A stretch of 64,000 bases of DNA from Lytechinus pictus. Lineage: Eukaryota. Position 1 is the first letter of the stretch; each line of letters begins with the position of its first letter. The DNA lies in assembly GCF_037042905.1 (NCBI RefSeq), contig NC_087245.1, positions 3,784,001 to 3,848,000 of the forward strand. Reading direction: 5' to 3'. The position numbers and the translations under genes are program-made. Under the pieces are notes generated by a model that searched no databases, had not been told where the DNA came from, and worked only from the letters and a program-made list of their open reading frames with translations. Shown in pieces: positions 39,599-51,575 of this stretch.

Positions 39599-42258
39599 CC
39601 AATATACAATAAACTATCTGGCACAGTTGATAATGACGTTCATTCAGACCGTGACACTGAAAATGCAAACAAATCCTTCGCTAGTAAAACCGTGGCAGAA
39701 AATTACATGATGAGCCCAGTAAGTAAGTAGGCAGAATACAATGAAATCCTCGCAGACGCAAATGAAAGCAGATGTGCTGATAATAGGAGACTATGCTAAA
39801 GCAAAGAAGGTCATCGAAACTTTCTCGAAGTAAGAATATAGTATGCAAAACTCTAAATGGAATCAGAATTGAAGATGCGTATGGTGATGCATTAAATCTC
39901 GCTAATGAATTCGGTGTGATCGAAGTTGAAGTACATCTCGTGAGCAAGGCATTTAATCTACAATGCTCTTTTATCCTGCTTTCAAATAAATGGAAATGCT
40001 ATATGCATTATTGGTAAATCGGTGTGCACTTGTTAAAAAAAAAAAATCTCGGCAGAAATAATATAAGATCGGATGAGTCAGATGAAATAGTCGCGAAGAC
40101 CAGGGTTGGATCCAGGATTTTCGAAAAGGGGGCATATTTTCCCGATGAAAATTTGACAAATTAAAAAAGGTGGCACACTTGAGTAAAAACTGTACATTTA
40201 CATTACAAATTTTGATTCTGGCTCTTAAGGGGGGGGGGGGCACGGGCCGGCTTAGACAGCTGGCAGCCGTCTGTTTCGAGGAGTTTTTTTAATTATTTCT
40301 CCTCGTATACACAGACGGCTAGCTATCGTGCAGCCACCATTAGGGGGTTAACAATGCAACCCCCCCCCCCGCTGGCTCGTCGATTTCTGTCTTTATTTCA
40401 TAAAAATATATAAAAAGAACTGTACCAAAATAAAGATTATTATTCCGTTTTGGCCTGAAATGTACCAAAACGGGGAAAAATAAACTTAAAAGGGGAAAAA
40501 ACAATGACTTACTTCGGCTGTCGCGCAACTTCACTTCCCTGTTTTATCCGAACCAATACATTTATTTATTTATTTATTTTGTTTCATTTATTTTATACTG
40601 CAGGGTAGGCCTGTTCAGTTCTTAAACTGCTTTACAAAGGCGCCCTGCAGTTTAAAATACATGTCAAGATAACTATGAACAACAACAACAACAAACAACA
40701 TCAAAAATACAAAATATCTAACATCAGAAACAATTAACACCAAAATATAGAGTGGGAAATGACGATTTAAACATACATAGCATTGTAAATAAATGGAATA
40801 TCATTTCGCTCTTTATCAATTCGTATGAAAGGCTTTGCATAATTTTTTAAAAACTAACGAGGTACAAACTTGTAAATTTGGAGGAAGTGCATTAAATAAT
40901 TTGGGTCCGACATATGCGAAAGATTTTCTTTTATGTTCAATTCTAGCTTTGGGAAGCTGAATGGGGCATCGTAAAGAAAACCTTGTCCTGTATTTCACGG
41001 GCCGTTTACATACTAAAGGTTTTAAATAATTTGGAACTAAATCATTCATTATTTTATATACAAGAACACAATACTGATATTTTATACGCTGATCTACTGA
41101 TTGCCACTTCAGTGACTGCAACAAAGAAATTTGTGATGTATTATAATTTTTTTTCAAAAGCATTCTGGCATATTTATTTTGAAGTTTTTGTATCTTATCT
41201 AAATGTATCTTTGCACTGCTTCCCCAAGATGTAATACAGTAATCAATGTAAGGTAAAATCATAGAAAAGTACAGCTTCTCCATGATATCAAAGGACAGTA
41301 AGTGCTTAACCCGCCTTACACAACCTATTGCCCGAGATATTTTACAAACGATATTAGTAATATGTTCGCACCAAGTCAAGCCCGGATCGAGCATGACACC
41401 TAAGTATTTAATCTTTTTTACATTTTCTAATTGTATGTTCCTGAATTTCACTGACAAATGAGCACCCCTCAACTTTTTCTTTTGACCAAATACCATGGCT
41501 TTTGTTTTTTGCGGGTGTAAATGCATATTATTTAAGTCTAGCCATTTACTTATTGAATCAAAATCATCTTGCAAATACTTTTGTACCTCCTTAATTGATT
41601 CACCGTGATTAAAAATGGCGGTATCATCAGCATAAAGAGACATTTTAGAATGTACATGCAATTTCAAATTACACATGTCATTAATAAAAATACAAAATAT
41701 CAATGGACCCAGTATAGATCATTGTGGGACACCTGATTTTATCTTCAAAAATTCACTGCGACAACTGTTAATCATTACAAATTGCCTTCTGTCTGTTAAA
41801 TACGATTCCATCCAGTTGTATTCATTGCCAGTAATACCATAGTACTTAAGTTTTGCAAGTATAAAATTGTGAGGAATAACATCAAAAGCTTTGCGTAAGT
41901 CCAAGAAAATACCACCAGTAACATGTTTTCGGTCCATTTTATCATACAAAAAGTCTGTAATCTCAGTTAGACAAGTGGCAGTAGAATAAGACGGTCTGAA
42001 GCCAGACTGACAATTTGCAAGTAGATCATTTACATTTAAGTACTTATACAAGTGATCATGTATTGCTCTCTCTAGTATTTTGGACAGGACTGGAAGCACA
42101 GAAATTGGTCTATAATTATTGTCAATATCAAATGATCCTCCCTTATGTACAGGAGTAATTCTTGCTGTTTTGAAATCTTCTGGAATAACACTAGTTTGTA
42201 AAGTTGCATTAAATAAATGGGTTAAAAGGGCCAGCTATACTCTCTGCTGCCAGCTTAA

Positions 42259-42420
42259 AGGGGAATCCAACCCAAATAAAAACTTGTTTTTATAAGGAAA
42301 AGAAAAATCAGACAAGTTGATAGGTGAAAGTTTGAACAATATTGGACAAACAATAAGAAAGTTATGAATTTTTAAAAGTTATAAATATTGGTAATTTTAT
42401 AGCCAAGGCTGGATTCCCCT
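42259..42420. mobile_element. Kolobok-like MITE (internally deleted)
   Basis: AGGGGAATCC...GGATTCCCCT between TTAA at 42255-42258 and 42421-42424. Confidence 0.75.
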
Positions 42421-42424
42421 TTAA

Positions 42425-43018
42425 AGGGGAATCCAGCCTTGGCCATAACATGTTGTGTTGGGAAGGAGAAAAATAAATTAAACAGAATGGTGAAAGTTTA
42501 AAAGAAATCGGACAAGCAATAAGAAAGTTATAGCTGCTTTAGAATTGAGATCACTAATAGTATGTACATTTCAAATTGGCAACTGTGTAAGTAAATTATG
42601 ACAAGGGGCAAGGACAACTTTCCCATAGGCCATGTACTTTATTATCAGGGATTTGTGGTTTTCTCCTAAGTATCCATTCCCCTGGGGCAGTAATCTAAAT
42701 ATAACCCAGGTAGTATATTGTTTAATGTCCTCATATAAGAAAAATATAATTTGAAGTAAAACTTTTGGGGAAAATGACATCTTAGCCATAATATGTATTG
42801 GAGTACATGGAAGAGTAGTCCTTACCTTACATCACTATGACATCCCATATGCGGCCAATTTGAAGTCTCCATGAGTATAGTGATTACGAATATTTACAAC
42901 TTTTAAAAATTCATAACTTTCTTGTTGTTTGTCCCATATTGTTCAAACTTTCACCTATCAACTTGTCTGATTTTTCTTTTTCTTATAAAAACAAGTTTTA
43001 TTTGGGTTGGATTCCCCT
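42425..43018. mobile_element. Kolobok-like MITE
   Basis: AGGGGAATCC...GGATTCCCCT between TTAA at 42421-42424 and 43019-43022. Removing both MITEs restores ORF2 DGIHPKFLKLAAESIAGP. Confidence 0.82.
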
Positions 43019-45080
43019 TTAAGAAACTTAGGGTGAATGCCATCTACTCCGACCGCTTTCGAACAATCAATATGTAATAGTTCTTACAAAACATACTCCT
43101 TTTTGATTGCATAAAATTTAAATTCACAATCTGGAATAAACAGAGTTTGTAAATTGTTAAATAAATCTTTCGAGAAATTACCCGAAGCGGCTTGCAACCT
43201 TGAGCCGACTTCGTTAAAGGCTTTGTTTAGAACGTGAGCTATTTCATTGTTAGGTATTTGATCATTATCAATTGTTAATTTAACATCATGACTCGTGGTT
43301 TTATTTTTCTTAGGTATAAGCTTTGATAAAATGTTCCAGTTCTTTTTTATGTCATTTTCGCAGTCCTTAAATTTGTCCTGATAATACTTCTTTTTCAAAT
43401 TTTTAATCAAGTTATTAGCTCTGTTACGGGAAAACTGAAATTTATTCCACCAATAAATTAATCTTGTTTTTCTAAATTGCTTTCGATAATAATCCCTTTC
43501 GCGTGCTAACACCAAAAAAAATCATCATTTATCCAAGGTACCCCTCTTTGTTTTTGCCGCACTGATATCACGGGGGCATGCCTGTCACAAATGTCCAGGA
43601 GTGTGTTTTTAAAGTAGTGCCACAATTTTTCAACGTCAGTCCAACAGGAATAAAACTCATGCCAATCAACTTTCCTTACATCATCTTTAAATTTCTCACT
43701 GTCAAAGTACTTGAATGAACGACATTTAGTTATTTTCGGAGAAAGGGATTGATGTTTCCCTTTAATTGCAGTAAAAATCACAGAGTGATCACTAAGTCCA
43801 GCTGACTGCACTCCTGACTTAATAATATTGTCAACAAGTGCATCAGAAATACATACCAAATCGATTACTGACTGGCTATGTGGTGAAATTCTAGTGGGTT
43901 CAGATATGACCTGTGTCATTTGCATTGTAGTAAGGAGACTGGAAACTTTTCTAGAAAGATTATTTATGGTTTGCATATTACAGTTAAAATCACCAAGAAG
44001 GATGACGTTGTTTGTAACTGTATACAATTTCTCAAGATTACTTTCAAGACTGTCAAAAAATCTAAGTGATTATCCGGTTTTCTTTACAATATACCAATAA
44101 ATAATGAGCTACTATTGCTACGTTGCAACTCCAACCAATTTATTTCTAAGGCAACAGATTCAAGATCCAATCTCCTTATATACGATACATTTTCTGATAT
44201 AAAACATCCCACTCCACCTCCATGAGTACATCTATCCTTCCTCTCAAACTTATAACCTTTAACAGAAATCAAACTATCAGAATGTTCTTTTGTTAACCAT
44301 GTTTCTGACACTCCTAGTAGATCATAAGGGTTATTATTCAGCCAACATTGTAAATCAGCAACTTTATTAACAATGCTTCTGACATTAAGATGAGCTAATT
44401 TTATACCTTTAATATCTTTTAGAGCAAAATCATTAGTTTCGGTTGACCTATCATCATGTGCGTCGACAGAAATATTATTACAGTTATACACGACTTCAGT
44501 AGATAGATCAGGATCATTCCAAAATGGTAATACACTTTGGAGAATACATTTCGGGCACTGCCAATTTTCAAACAGTTCATCTGAATCATAGGTCTCTCTT
44601 GAGACCCCGCCACAAACTATATGCACCCACTGTGAACATATAGTGCATAACAAAGCCTTTTGATTTATTTTAACAGATTTATTACAAATTGAACATGGGT
44701 ATTTAATCATTAAATCTTATGTAGAAATTAGGTTGAGATTTTACTTCCTCCACTCTAAGCAATTTATATAGATTAATCATTTTAATTATCAAATATATAT
44801 ACACGAAAGACCCGAATATGTGCAAAATAGCAACAGCAACAATAACAATAAAATGTAAATTGTCACACTTCAAAACAAGTGAAAAGTATTACGTGTAAGT
44901 AATGAATGTAATTTTATACAAATATTCAATAAAATAAGAACCAAGTTCTAGTGATTAACGTTATTAAAAACAAATCGTATATTTAATAGTGCAATTTAAA
45001 AGCAAATAGTAAACAGGAACGCCTGTGTGCTCAAGCTGACCAAGTATTACAGTTCAGTGAATTTGATTGATATTGTTGTC

Positions 45081-45989
45081 TCATTCCTTCAATTGATCAA
45101 GTTTTCCGAGGTCCTTTACACTTGAAAGAGCAACTCTTTTCCCACTCTTATTCATCGCTGTTACTCTTCCGTCTTGAGTCCAGACTTTGTGGACTTGCGG
45201 GAGGTTTCCCTTCTTCACTTGCCAGAACAGCTGAGATCGCTTCCGTGTTAGATTTTCATTGATGTAAATTGAAAGGCCTTTCAGCTTAGCCCTAGATGCG
45301 TATACAGCCTCTCTTGCCCTGTAGTTGGAAAATTTGATGATGATATTCCGGGGCTTACGACTACGAGGATCCTTCTGCTTGTTCTCAAGCGCAGCATGGC
45401 TGGAAAGGCGGTGAGAACGATCGATGTCCTCTTGTTTCACTGTAACACCCAGATTCCTCTGGCACACCTCTATGATCTTGGCATCAGTATCTTCGTTTGC
45501 AGATTCAGCAATACCACTGAAAATCAGGCAATTGCGGCGTGAATACTGCTCCGCCTCATCAGCTGCAGCTTCTACCGACTCGACTCTATTTTTTAGACGA
45601 CCGACTTCCTCCAGAAGATTTGCATTCTCGAATAAAATGGACTCAACATGATCGGAAACTGCTGATTCAATTTCCTTCACAAGAACAGATTTTATGGAGC
45701 TGACTAGGTTTTTTACGAACGATTCTTCTAGAAGAATAACTTGCAGAGCTTTTTTGATAGCCACCTCCAACCCTTCTTCGACGCCTGGTAGTGGTACCTC
45801 ACACGCAGCAGACCCTTCTTCGCCTCCGTCATCACTGAATCGAGAGTTTGTTGACCTCGTCGGGGATCGGGAACGTGCACGAGATCTTTGCTCATGATGC
45901 TTGCGCGTTGGCGAGGCTTGCATAGCCCCGACAGGCTTGGCATCATGGTTTCGCCCCGGGCTGCTCGGGCCTTTTGTACATAGCAGCAA
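45081..45989 (-). CDS. LINE ORF1 (coiled coil plus L1-like RRM/CTD); first ATG at 45923
   Basis: EAEQYSRRNCLIFSGIAE...DIDRSHRL...PRNIIIKF...IYINENLT; open reading frame. Confidence 0.85.
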   Translation of the reverse strand: MLLCTKGPSSPGRNHDAKPVGAMQASPTRKHHEQRSRARSRSPTRSTNSRFSDDGGEEGSAACEVPLPGVEEGLEVAIKKALQVILLEESFVKNLVSSIKSVLVKEIESAVSDHVESILFENANLLEEVGRLKNRVESVEAAADEAEQYSRRNCLIFSGIAESANEDTDAKIIEVCQRNLGVTVKQEDIDRSHRLSSHAALENKQKDPRSRKPRNIIIKFSNYRAREAVYASRAKLKGLSIYINENLTRKRSQLFWQVKKGNLPQVHKVWTQDGRVTAMNKSGKRVALSSVKDLGKLDQLKE

Positions 45990-46696
45990 CCTCGTTGTAC
46001 CCCTTCGCAGTTGTGAGTTTCTCGATCAGGAGACGTTAATTTGAAACAATAAAATCAGTATAATGAAATAGTCATACCTTGCTCCAAGGGTCCAGCGTAG
46101 TCTGTTATCAGCAGTATTAGTAGACTGATGTGGATTATTCCATAAAGTATGGTCCAAAGGCAAAGTGCAAAAGGTTACATTTTGCCAAAATATTGAGCAC
46201 AACAGTCTAAATTCCTGGAGGAACTACGAAGCGTATCCTTTCGCGCCCGCGTCCATTTTATCATATTTTATACATAAACATATGGCCATTGAGTCTCGAT
46301 CTCCTGTACAGATCGAGCAAGAACTTCGGTCTCTGTATTTGGTGAGTGGAGCCAACGGAGTTCAGCGGAACAGCCAACATAACAGGACCGAAGCTTTTGA
46401 TCTAGGGCCGGCTGTGCCCCCCCCCCCCCCTCCCCCGGATCCTCCACTGGTGAAGACAATGCAATGTCCCTTCTCGAACAAATATATGCAATTCCTTTGC
46501 TACATCCACCATTATGCATAGAGAGAACATGGAGCTATTAAACAACAAAGAACACACCAAAGTTAGAGATGTGAACTCGGCTATCAAACTTTCAGCCAAT
46601 CAGCGAGGCTGGTTCGTCATTAGCAATGATTACATCGATCCCGCCCGTCACCTGAACGTAGATGGCGTTCATCCGAATCGTAGTGGGACAATCACG

Positions 46697-46927
46697 GGGG
46701 TGCCGTGGCCGAGGTGCCGTGGCCGAGTGGTCTATAAGGCGCCTGGCTATATATGGAAAGTCCGGGGTTCGATCCCCGGCCGCGGTACCTATGTCTGTTA
46801 GCAAGGCATTTAATCTACAATGCTCTTTTATCCTGCTTTCAAATAAATGGAAATGCTATGTACATTATTGGTAACTAGGTGTGCACTTGTTTAAAAGATA
46901 AAAAATAAATAAAATAAAAAAATAAAA
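46697..46927 (+). mobile_element. tRNA-derived SINE (5'-truncated copy at about 39942-40047)
   Basis: A box TGGCCGAGTGG, B box GGTTCGATCCCC, A-rich tail; the 3' half is nearly identical to 39942-40040. Confidence 0.85.
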
Positions 46928-49664
46928 TCTCCGGCCGCGAAGATCGACATCTGCACCACATCGAACATTGTAGAAAAAATAGTATTCATTCAACTTTATG
47001 AAATTTAAATAGTAATGGAACAAGTTTCAGACAAGATTTAGACCACTTCACTCTCCAACCACATGTAGTCATATTGAACTTAAAAAAAATCTGGATTATG
47101 TTAAAAAGCATCAGAAATATAGTAGATTTGTTTTTGTCCTCATCAGAGGTATTTAGTACATTAAAATCAATAATCAAACACATACAATATATACAATTAG
47201 TTTCACATTTCACAAGCTTTCGATTTCATTGAGAAATATAGTAGATAAAGGGTCATTGAAAATGGTTCAGAATGCATTGTTATCTTCTCACCGAAACTAT
47301 TGTGATGTCAGTGGGATAATGCTGTCAATTATTATACAGATAATTCAAAACCGGGGTGTCCGCTTAACAAATGACAATCCCACTTTAACTTACTTAACTA
47401 GGACCCTATAATTAAAAAAATAGAAAATTATACTGCTATAATAATGTATAAAGCAATGGCAAGTACCTCCCTATATCAGTGAAAACTTTTGATATCAATC
47501 AACTCATTATAACACGAGACAGGGTATTCTGTGTGTTGGTGTACTTTAGTCTGCATGCAAGCACGGATTCATATTTGACACTTCAACCAATAGCAGGTCT
47601 AGAGTGAAGACTAGACTCCAAAGACTCTGTCTATGTCAAAGCCACTATACATAGTGAATCTAGTCTCACGAATTCAGACTCTAGTGCATTATGCACTATA
47701 TCCGAATTTGCGAAAACGAAGGGTCTGTGCCTGCAGACTAGATGAACCTCGCCCCAAAAATCCTTAAGGTTTGAGGTTCATAGGGACCAGATATGAAACT
47801 CATTTACCGAGGACACTCAGATGTCCTCTATATGGTATCGGAATTTTCAAATATAGATTAACTAATATAATACATGTTTGACACAAATTATGTCAAAGAC
47901 TGTCTTTTATTATTTACGTAACTAAATGAGATGAATGAATGTAAATGGCTGTCTAAACAATTTTAATATTCCATTGATTGTCATGCTGAATCATTGTATT
48001 TGGATGGAAGAGGTTATGCGTATTTTGTCATTCATACTTTTTGTTTGGTTTTCTTGCCATTATTACTATATACCTTTAATTTCTAGCATGTCCACTATTT
48101 TCAAGATTCGTCTTAAATTACTTTACTTTCTTTTTTTTGTTTACCTTTCTAACTATATACATGTATAATTTATTGTTTATTGTAATTTAGTTTGTACAAT
48201 AAATACCACATTTGTTTGGAAGTTATTTAACAAATCAATAGTCTCAAATATTTAATTTTCTTCCAATTTTGTACCACTTTGAGTATTTCTCAATCATACC
48301 GATAACATGTCATTTACATTGCTCAGTCAAGAATTTTGTTCCTCTTTTATTCGCACTTCATTATTCAATATTGTTTATCCAGAATCAGTTATTCTGCTTT
48401 TTCTTTAATGCAATTTCTTTGCTACAATCCTTTACTTTTCCTAGATTTTATTATTATGCGAGGCATAGCGGGCATCATGAATGTATTGAATGTACCTTAT
48501 ATTTCAATTTAACATACCTTATGTTAACTAAGAATATGTATTTTGAATAATGACACAAGTTATAAGCTACAAAGTATTTTTTTTTTTTGGGGGGGGGGGT
48601 TAGTTTGTTTGTTTTTATTATTTTTATTACGAAGGGACTTTGAAATTTATGTCTTGAAATAACATGTGCCTAAATTGAATCTATTTTTAATTTGTTTGTT
48701 CATTGCGTTATCAGCAATTCGATTTTTGTATGTCATGTATATCTTTATTCCTTTGCAAGTCCCCTTTGTAAATCAGCCTTGCAACTGAATATGGCTTTTA
48801 CCGTGAATAAATAAATGGATCAAAGCAAATCAAATTAAATGTTTGAGGTGAAAAATGTGTTGCATGTTATTGTTGACTTGAAACTTGATATTTTAAGCTC
48901 CATTTCAGCCTAATGAGCAAGATATGTATCCCATCCGACAGGTAATGCGGCGTGAAGCGGGAGCAAAAATTGTATTGATCTGATATATTTTTTTTATTTT
49001 CCAAGTTTCCCCCTAATCTTATTTTATTCACTCGTCTTCTTCCTCTTATTTTTCATTTCCCTTTTTTTTCGCCCCTCCTCCCCTTTTCCCAGTTTTTTTG
49101 TTGCACCGCTAATCCGGGGGGGGGGGGGGTGAAGGGGCGGCCCTGTAGTTCCCCTGGATCTGCCTATGACTTTAGTCTCCAATTTCATCATCAGATAATA
49201 TCTTCATTGTTTCAGGTAACTTTTTATACATATTTCATGAATTTATGATAGAAATAAATTGAATTTAACTGAACTGAATTTTGAGACATTTTGAATCTAC
49301 AACTTGTCATCTTAAAATTATTTTCTTTTGGGGGCCTACCATAGGCCTGTGGAAAACTGTCGAAAAACTTGCTTCAATCCACCCTCTTAACCGTTGCTAG
49401 TATCATACTTAATAGAGCAGTGGCTTTCTTTTTACCGATATCTTTCATAACTTTTAAATTTTTGATGAATCAAATTCAAACTTTTCCATCATCAGTATAT
49501 CGCGCGTAAATCCCGAAATTGCTTGCATCCCTTTTCACTTCCGGGTGTTCCCCAGTACAGTGCAGCAAGTAGGGCAAAGTTCAAAGACCGCGATAATAAA
49601 AAGCTCGGCGATCGACGACGGGGTGAAATTACCAGCATGTAAAGCAAGCTAAAGACTCTTCAAA

Positions 49665-49725
49665 ATGGCATTGAAACATTTTATATTTATCATTTTGGTT
49701 GTAATATCATTGCATTTTGTATCAG
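49665..49725 (+). CDS. Alk4/5/7: TGF-beta type I receptor (ALK4/5/7-like) exon 1, signal peptide
   Basis: CAAAATGG Kozak context; MALKHFIFIILVVISLHFVSG; G|gtcagt phase-1 donor compatible with the 56098 exon; CpG-rich upstream region with an Ets-type CACTTCCGG. Confidence 0.75.
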
Positions 49726-51361
49726 GTCAGTACATAACCATTCTTCATGTGTGCTTTTCCAAGGAACACGTCTTATTTCGTAGAATTTTTCTAGCTTTCT
49801 TGCGTTGCTGTGTGCGATGTGTTGCAAAATGGCGTCTGATGGTAAACTGTAGTGTAGTGTTATTGTTAAGCAGTGGGGGCTGGTCACGGTCAAATCTACA
49901 CTTAATTATGATGGTGGTCCCCAAGTCTACGCACCTAAAACGATCTGAGTTAAGATTTAACGTGTATTTCTTTTACTTCACAAAATCTTTCAGTTGATAA
50001 TGTTCCTTACATTATGACATGAGTTAGTGTGCCAAATATCTCATAAAAATTTGAAAGAAATATAAAAAATTAGGCCTATGATTTTCTTGGAAAAATCCTC
50101 GTGCAGTCATTTTCAGATTGAACAAAAAAAATGGTGCCTCATCACCCATGTAGACCTGCGCACCCATTCACTTTGCACACGATTCAGGGATTTTGATGAG
50201 AAAGGCTGCATTTTGAGGCTGTCACAAGAAATGCCCAAATTTCATTATTTTTCCACCTTCCTTCCTTCCTGGTTTTCTCCCTCCGCTGCTTTCGGAGATC
50301 AGCCCTATGAAGGCAATAGTATCCATAATAAATAATCATCCAGGGTTAAGAGTAGACAGGACAAGTCGTAAAGATATAGTTCATGCAGTTTAATTATGGT
50401 TATATGCAGGTTCTGAGCATGTATCAATACCGTAAGGGTACTAGTATTCAACCCGTTTGGAGAGTTTCTTCAAATATACAGAAATATGGAATTTACCTGA
50501 ATTTCAGACCTGTCTTATTTCCAAGAGCAAATGCTGGTTATTCTTTTCCCGTTATTTTTTTCTTCAACCCGTCAACTGCGTGCGCGGGCGATCAAATTTT
50601 ACGGCGACGGTTTTTGGTACTAGTATTCAATCCGTCGGTACTAGTATTCAACCTAGTGATGAAAGATGGCCCTGTCTGTCAATCTGCCCTTGTCCCATCC
50701 GACTATGGACTAGACCATTTAAGATGAGACCAAACGGGGAATTAATCAAAGCCAGAGACTTACATAGATCTAGATCTAATTTAGCAATCTAAACCCTTTT
50801 GAGATTTGCTATCAATCCTCACTAGGTTGAATACTAGTACCATTCAGTGCAAAAGGCCATCGCCGCATAATTCGATCCTCCGCGCATACAGTCGACAGAT
50901 TGATAAAGAAAATACCGACAACAGATTACCCTGGAAATAACAAAGGTATGAAATTAAGATAAATCCCCTATTTCTAAATATTTTGGGGAATATGTCAAAA
51001 TCTTTGAATTATGCCGGGTTGAATACTAGTGCCCATACGGTATATTTCAATCGACACATACGGTATGAAGTTTATATTTTTAACAAAAATGGCCGATCGA
51101 GACGGGGGTAGAAGGAGAGAACTTTTCGTTTTTTTGAGGTTTTAGTCTGTGCCCAGACATGCCAGATGTCAGGAAACTGCCACTCGTTAGACCTTCAACC
51201 ATATAATTGTGGTAATTGTATACTTTCTGTTTTCACAATTCATTTGGAGAAATATTTAGACCATAAATCACCCTAGTCCCGTGAGTATGGTCAAATACAC
51301 GGTAAGCCCCTGGGTTATCTATGCATTAGATGTGTAAAGTTTGTGTTGCATATCTTTTACT

Positions 51362-51575
51362 GGAGGCGCGATATAGCTCAGTCGGTAGAGCGGGGGTTTC
51401 AGATTCCGGTGACCCGGGTTCGATTCCCAAGTGGTGCGCTAGTGCCCTTTGACTTTGTTTGGTAAGGCATTTATCCTCATTACCAGGTCCCTGTTGCGGA
51501 GAGGACCTTAAGCCGTTGGTCCCCTGGTTGCTTGCTCACAGGCATTCGTGCTTTCTTAGCAGTCAGGTAAAAAAC
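51362..51575 (+). mobile_element. tRNA-derived SINE
   Basis: TAGCTCAGTCGGTAGAGC (A box), GGTTCGATTCCC (B box), followed by a non-tRNA body. Confidence 0.8.

Larger units (their letters stand above)
40816..44710 (-). pseudogene. LINE ORF2 (PHD finger + APE endonuclease + reverse transcriptase), frameshifted and interrupted
   Basis: PHD CxxC...CxxC..WVH..C..WQCPKC; APE motifs HLNVRS, SETWL, GDFN, SDH; RT motifs FLDLRKAFD, GVPQ, YADD; broken into several ORFs. Confidence 0.92.
40562..46269 (-). mobile_element. Full-length, disabled CR1/L2-group (Crack/Daphne-like) LINE
   Basis: TSD ATACAT at 40556-40561 and 46270-46275; (AAAT)n tail; 5' UTR, ORF1, spacer and ORF2 all present. Confidence 0.93.
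40253..46404. mobile_element. Mutator-like MITE split by the LINE
   Basis: 9-bp TSD GGGCCGGCT at 40244-40252 and 46405-46413; the two halves rejoin to match the intact copy at 12987-13433. Confidence 0.88.
40101..46449. mobile_element. hAT-like MITE (host of the nested cluster)
   Basis: CAGGGTTGGATCC...GGATCCTCCACTG; 8-bp TSD GCGAAGAC (40093-40100) / GTGAAGAC (46450-46457). Confidence 0.75.
39765..46690 (+). pseudogene. Ancient SGNH/GDSL-esterase ORF remnant (LINE ORF1-type), split by nested insertions
   Basis: Left piece ADVLIIGD(x)MLKQ...EVEVH (about 39765-39940); right piece VRDVNSAIK...HLNVDGVHPNRSGT (about 46500-46690). These correspond to SGNH blocks I and V. Confidence 0.6.

Noticed and set aside
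51362..51440. tRNA-like sequence with apparent TCA anticodon (Sec or opal suppressor)
   Set aside because: Acceptor and T stems pair poorly, there is no long variable arm, and it runs directly into a SINE body.
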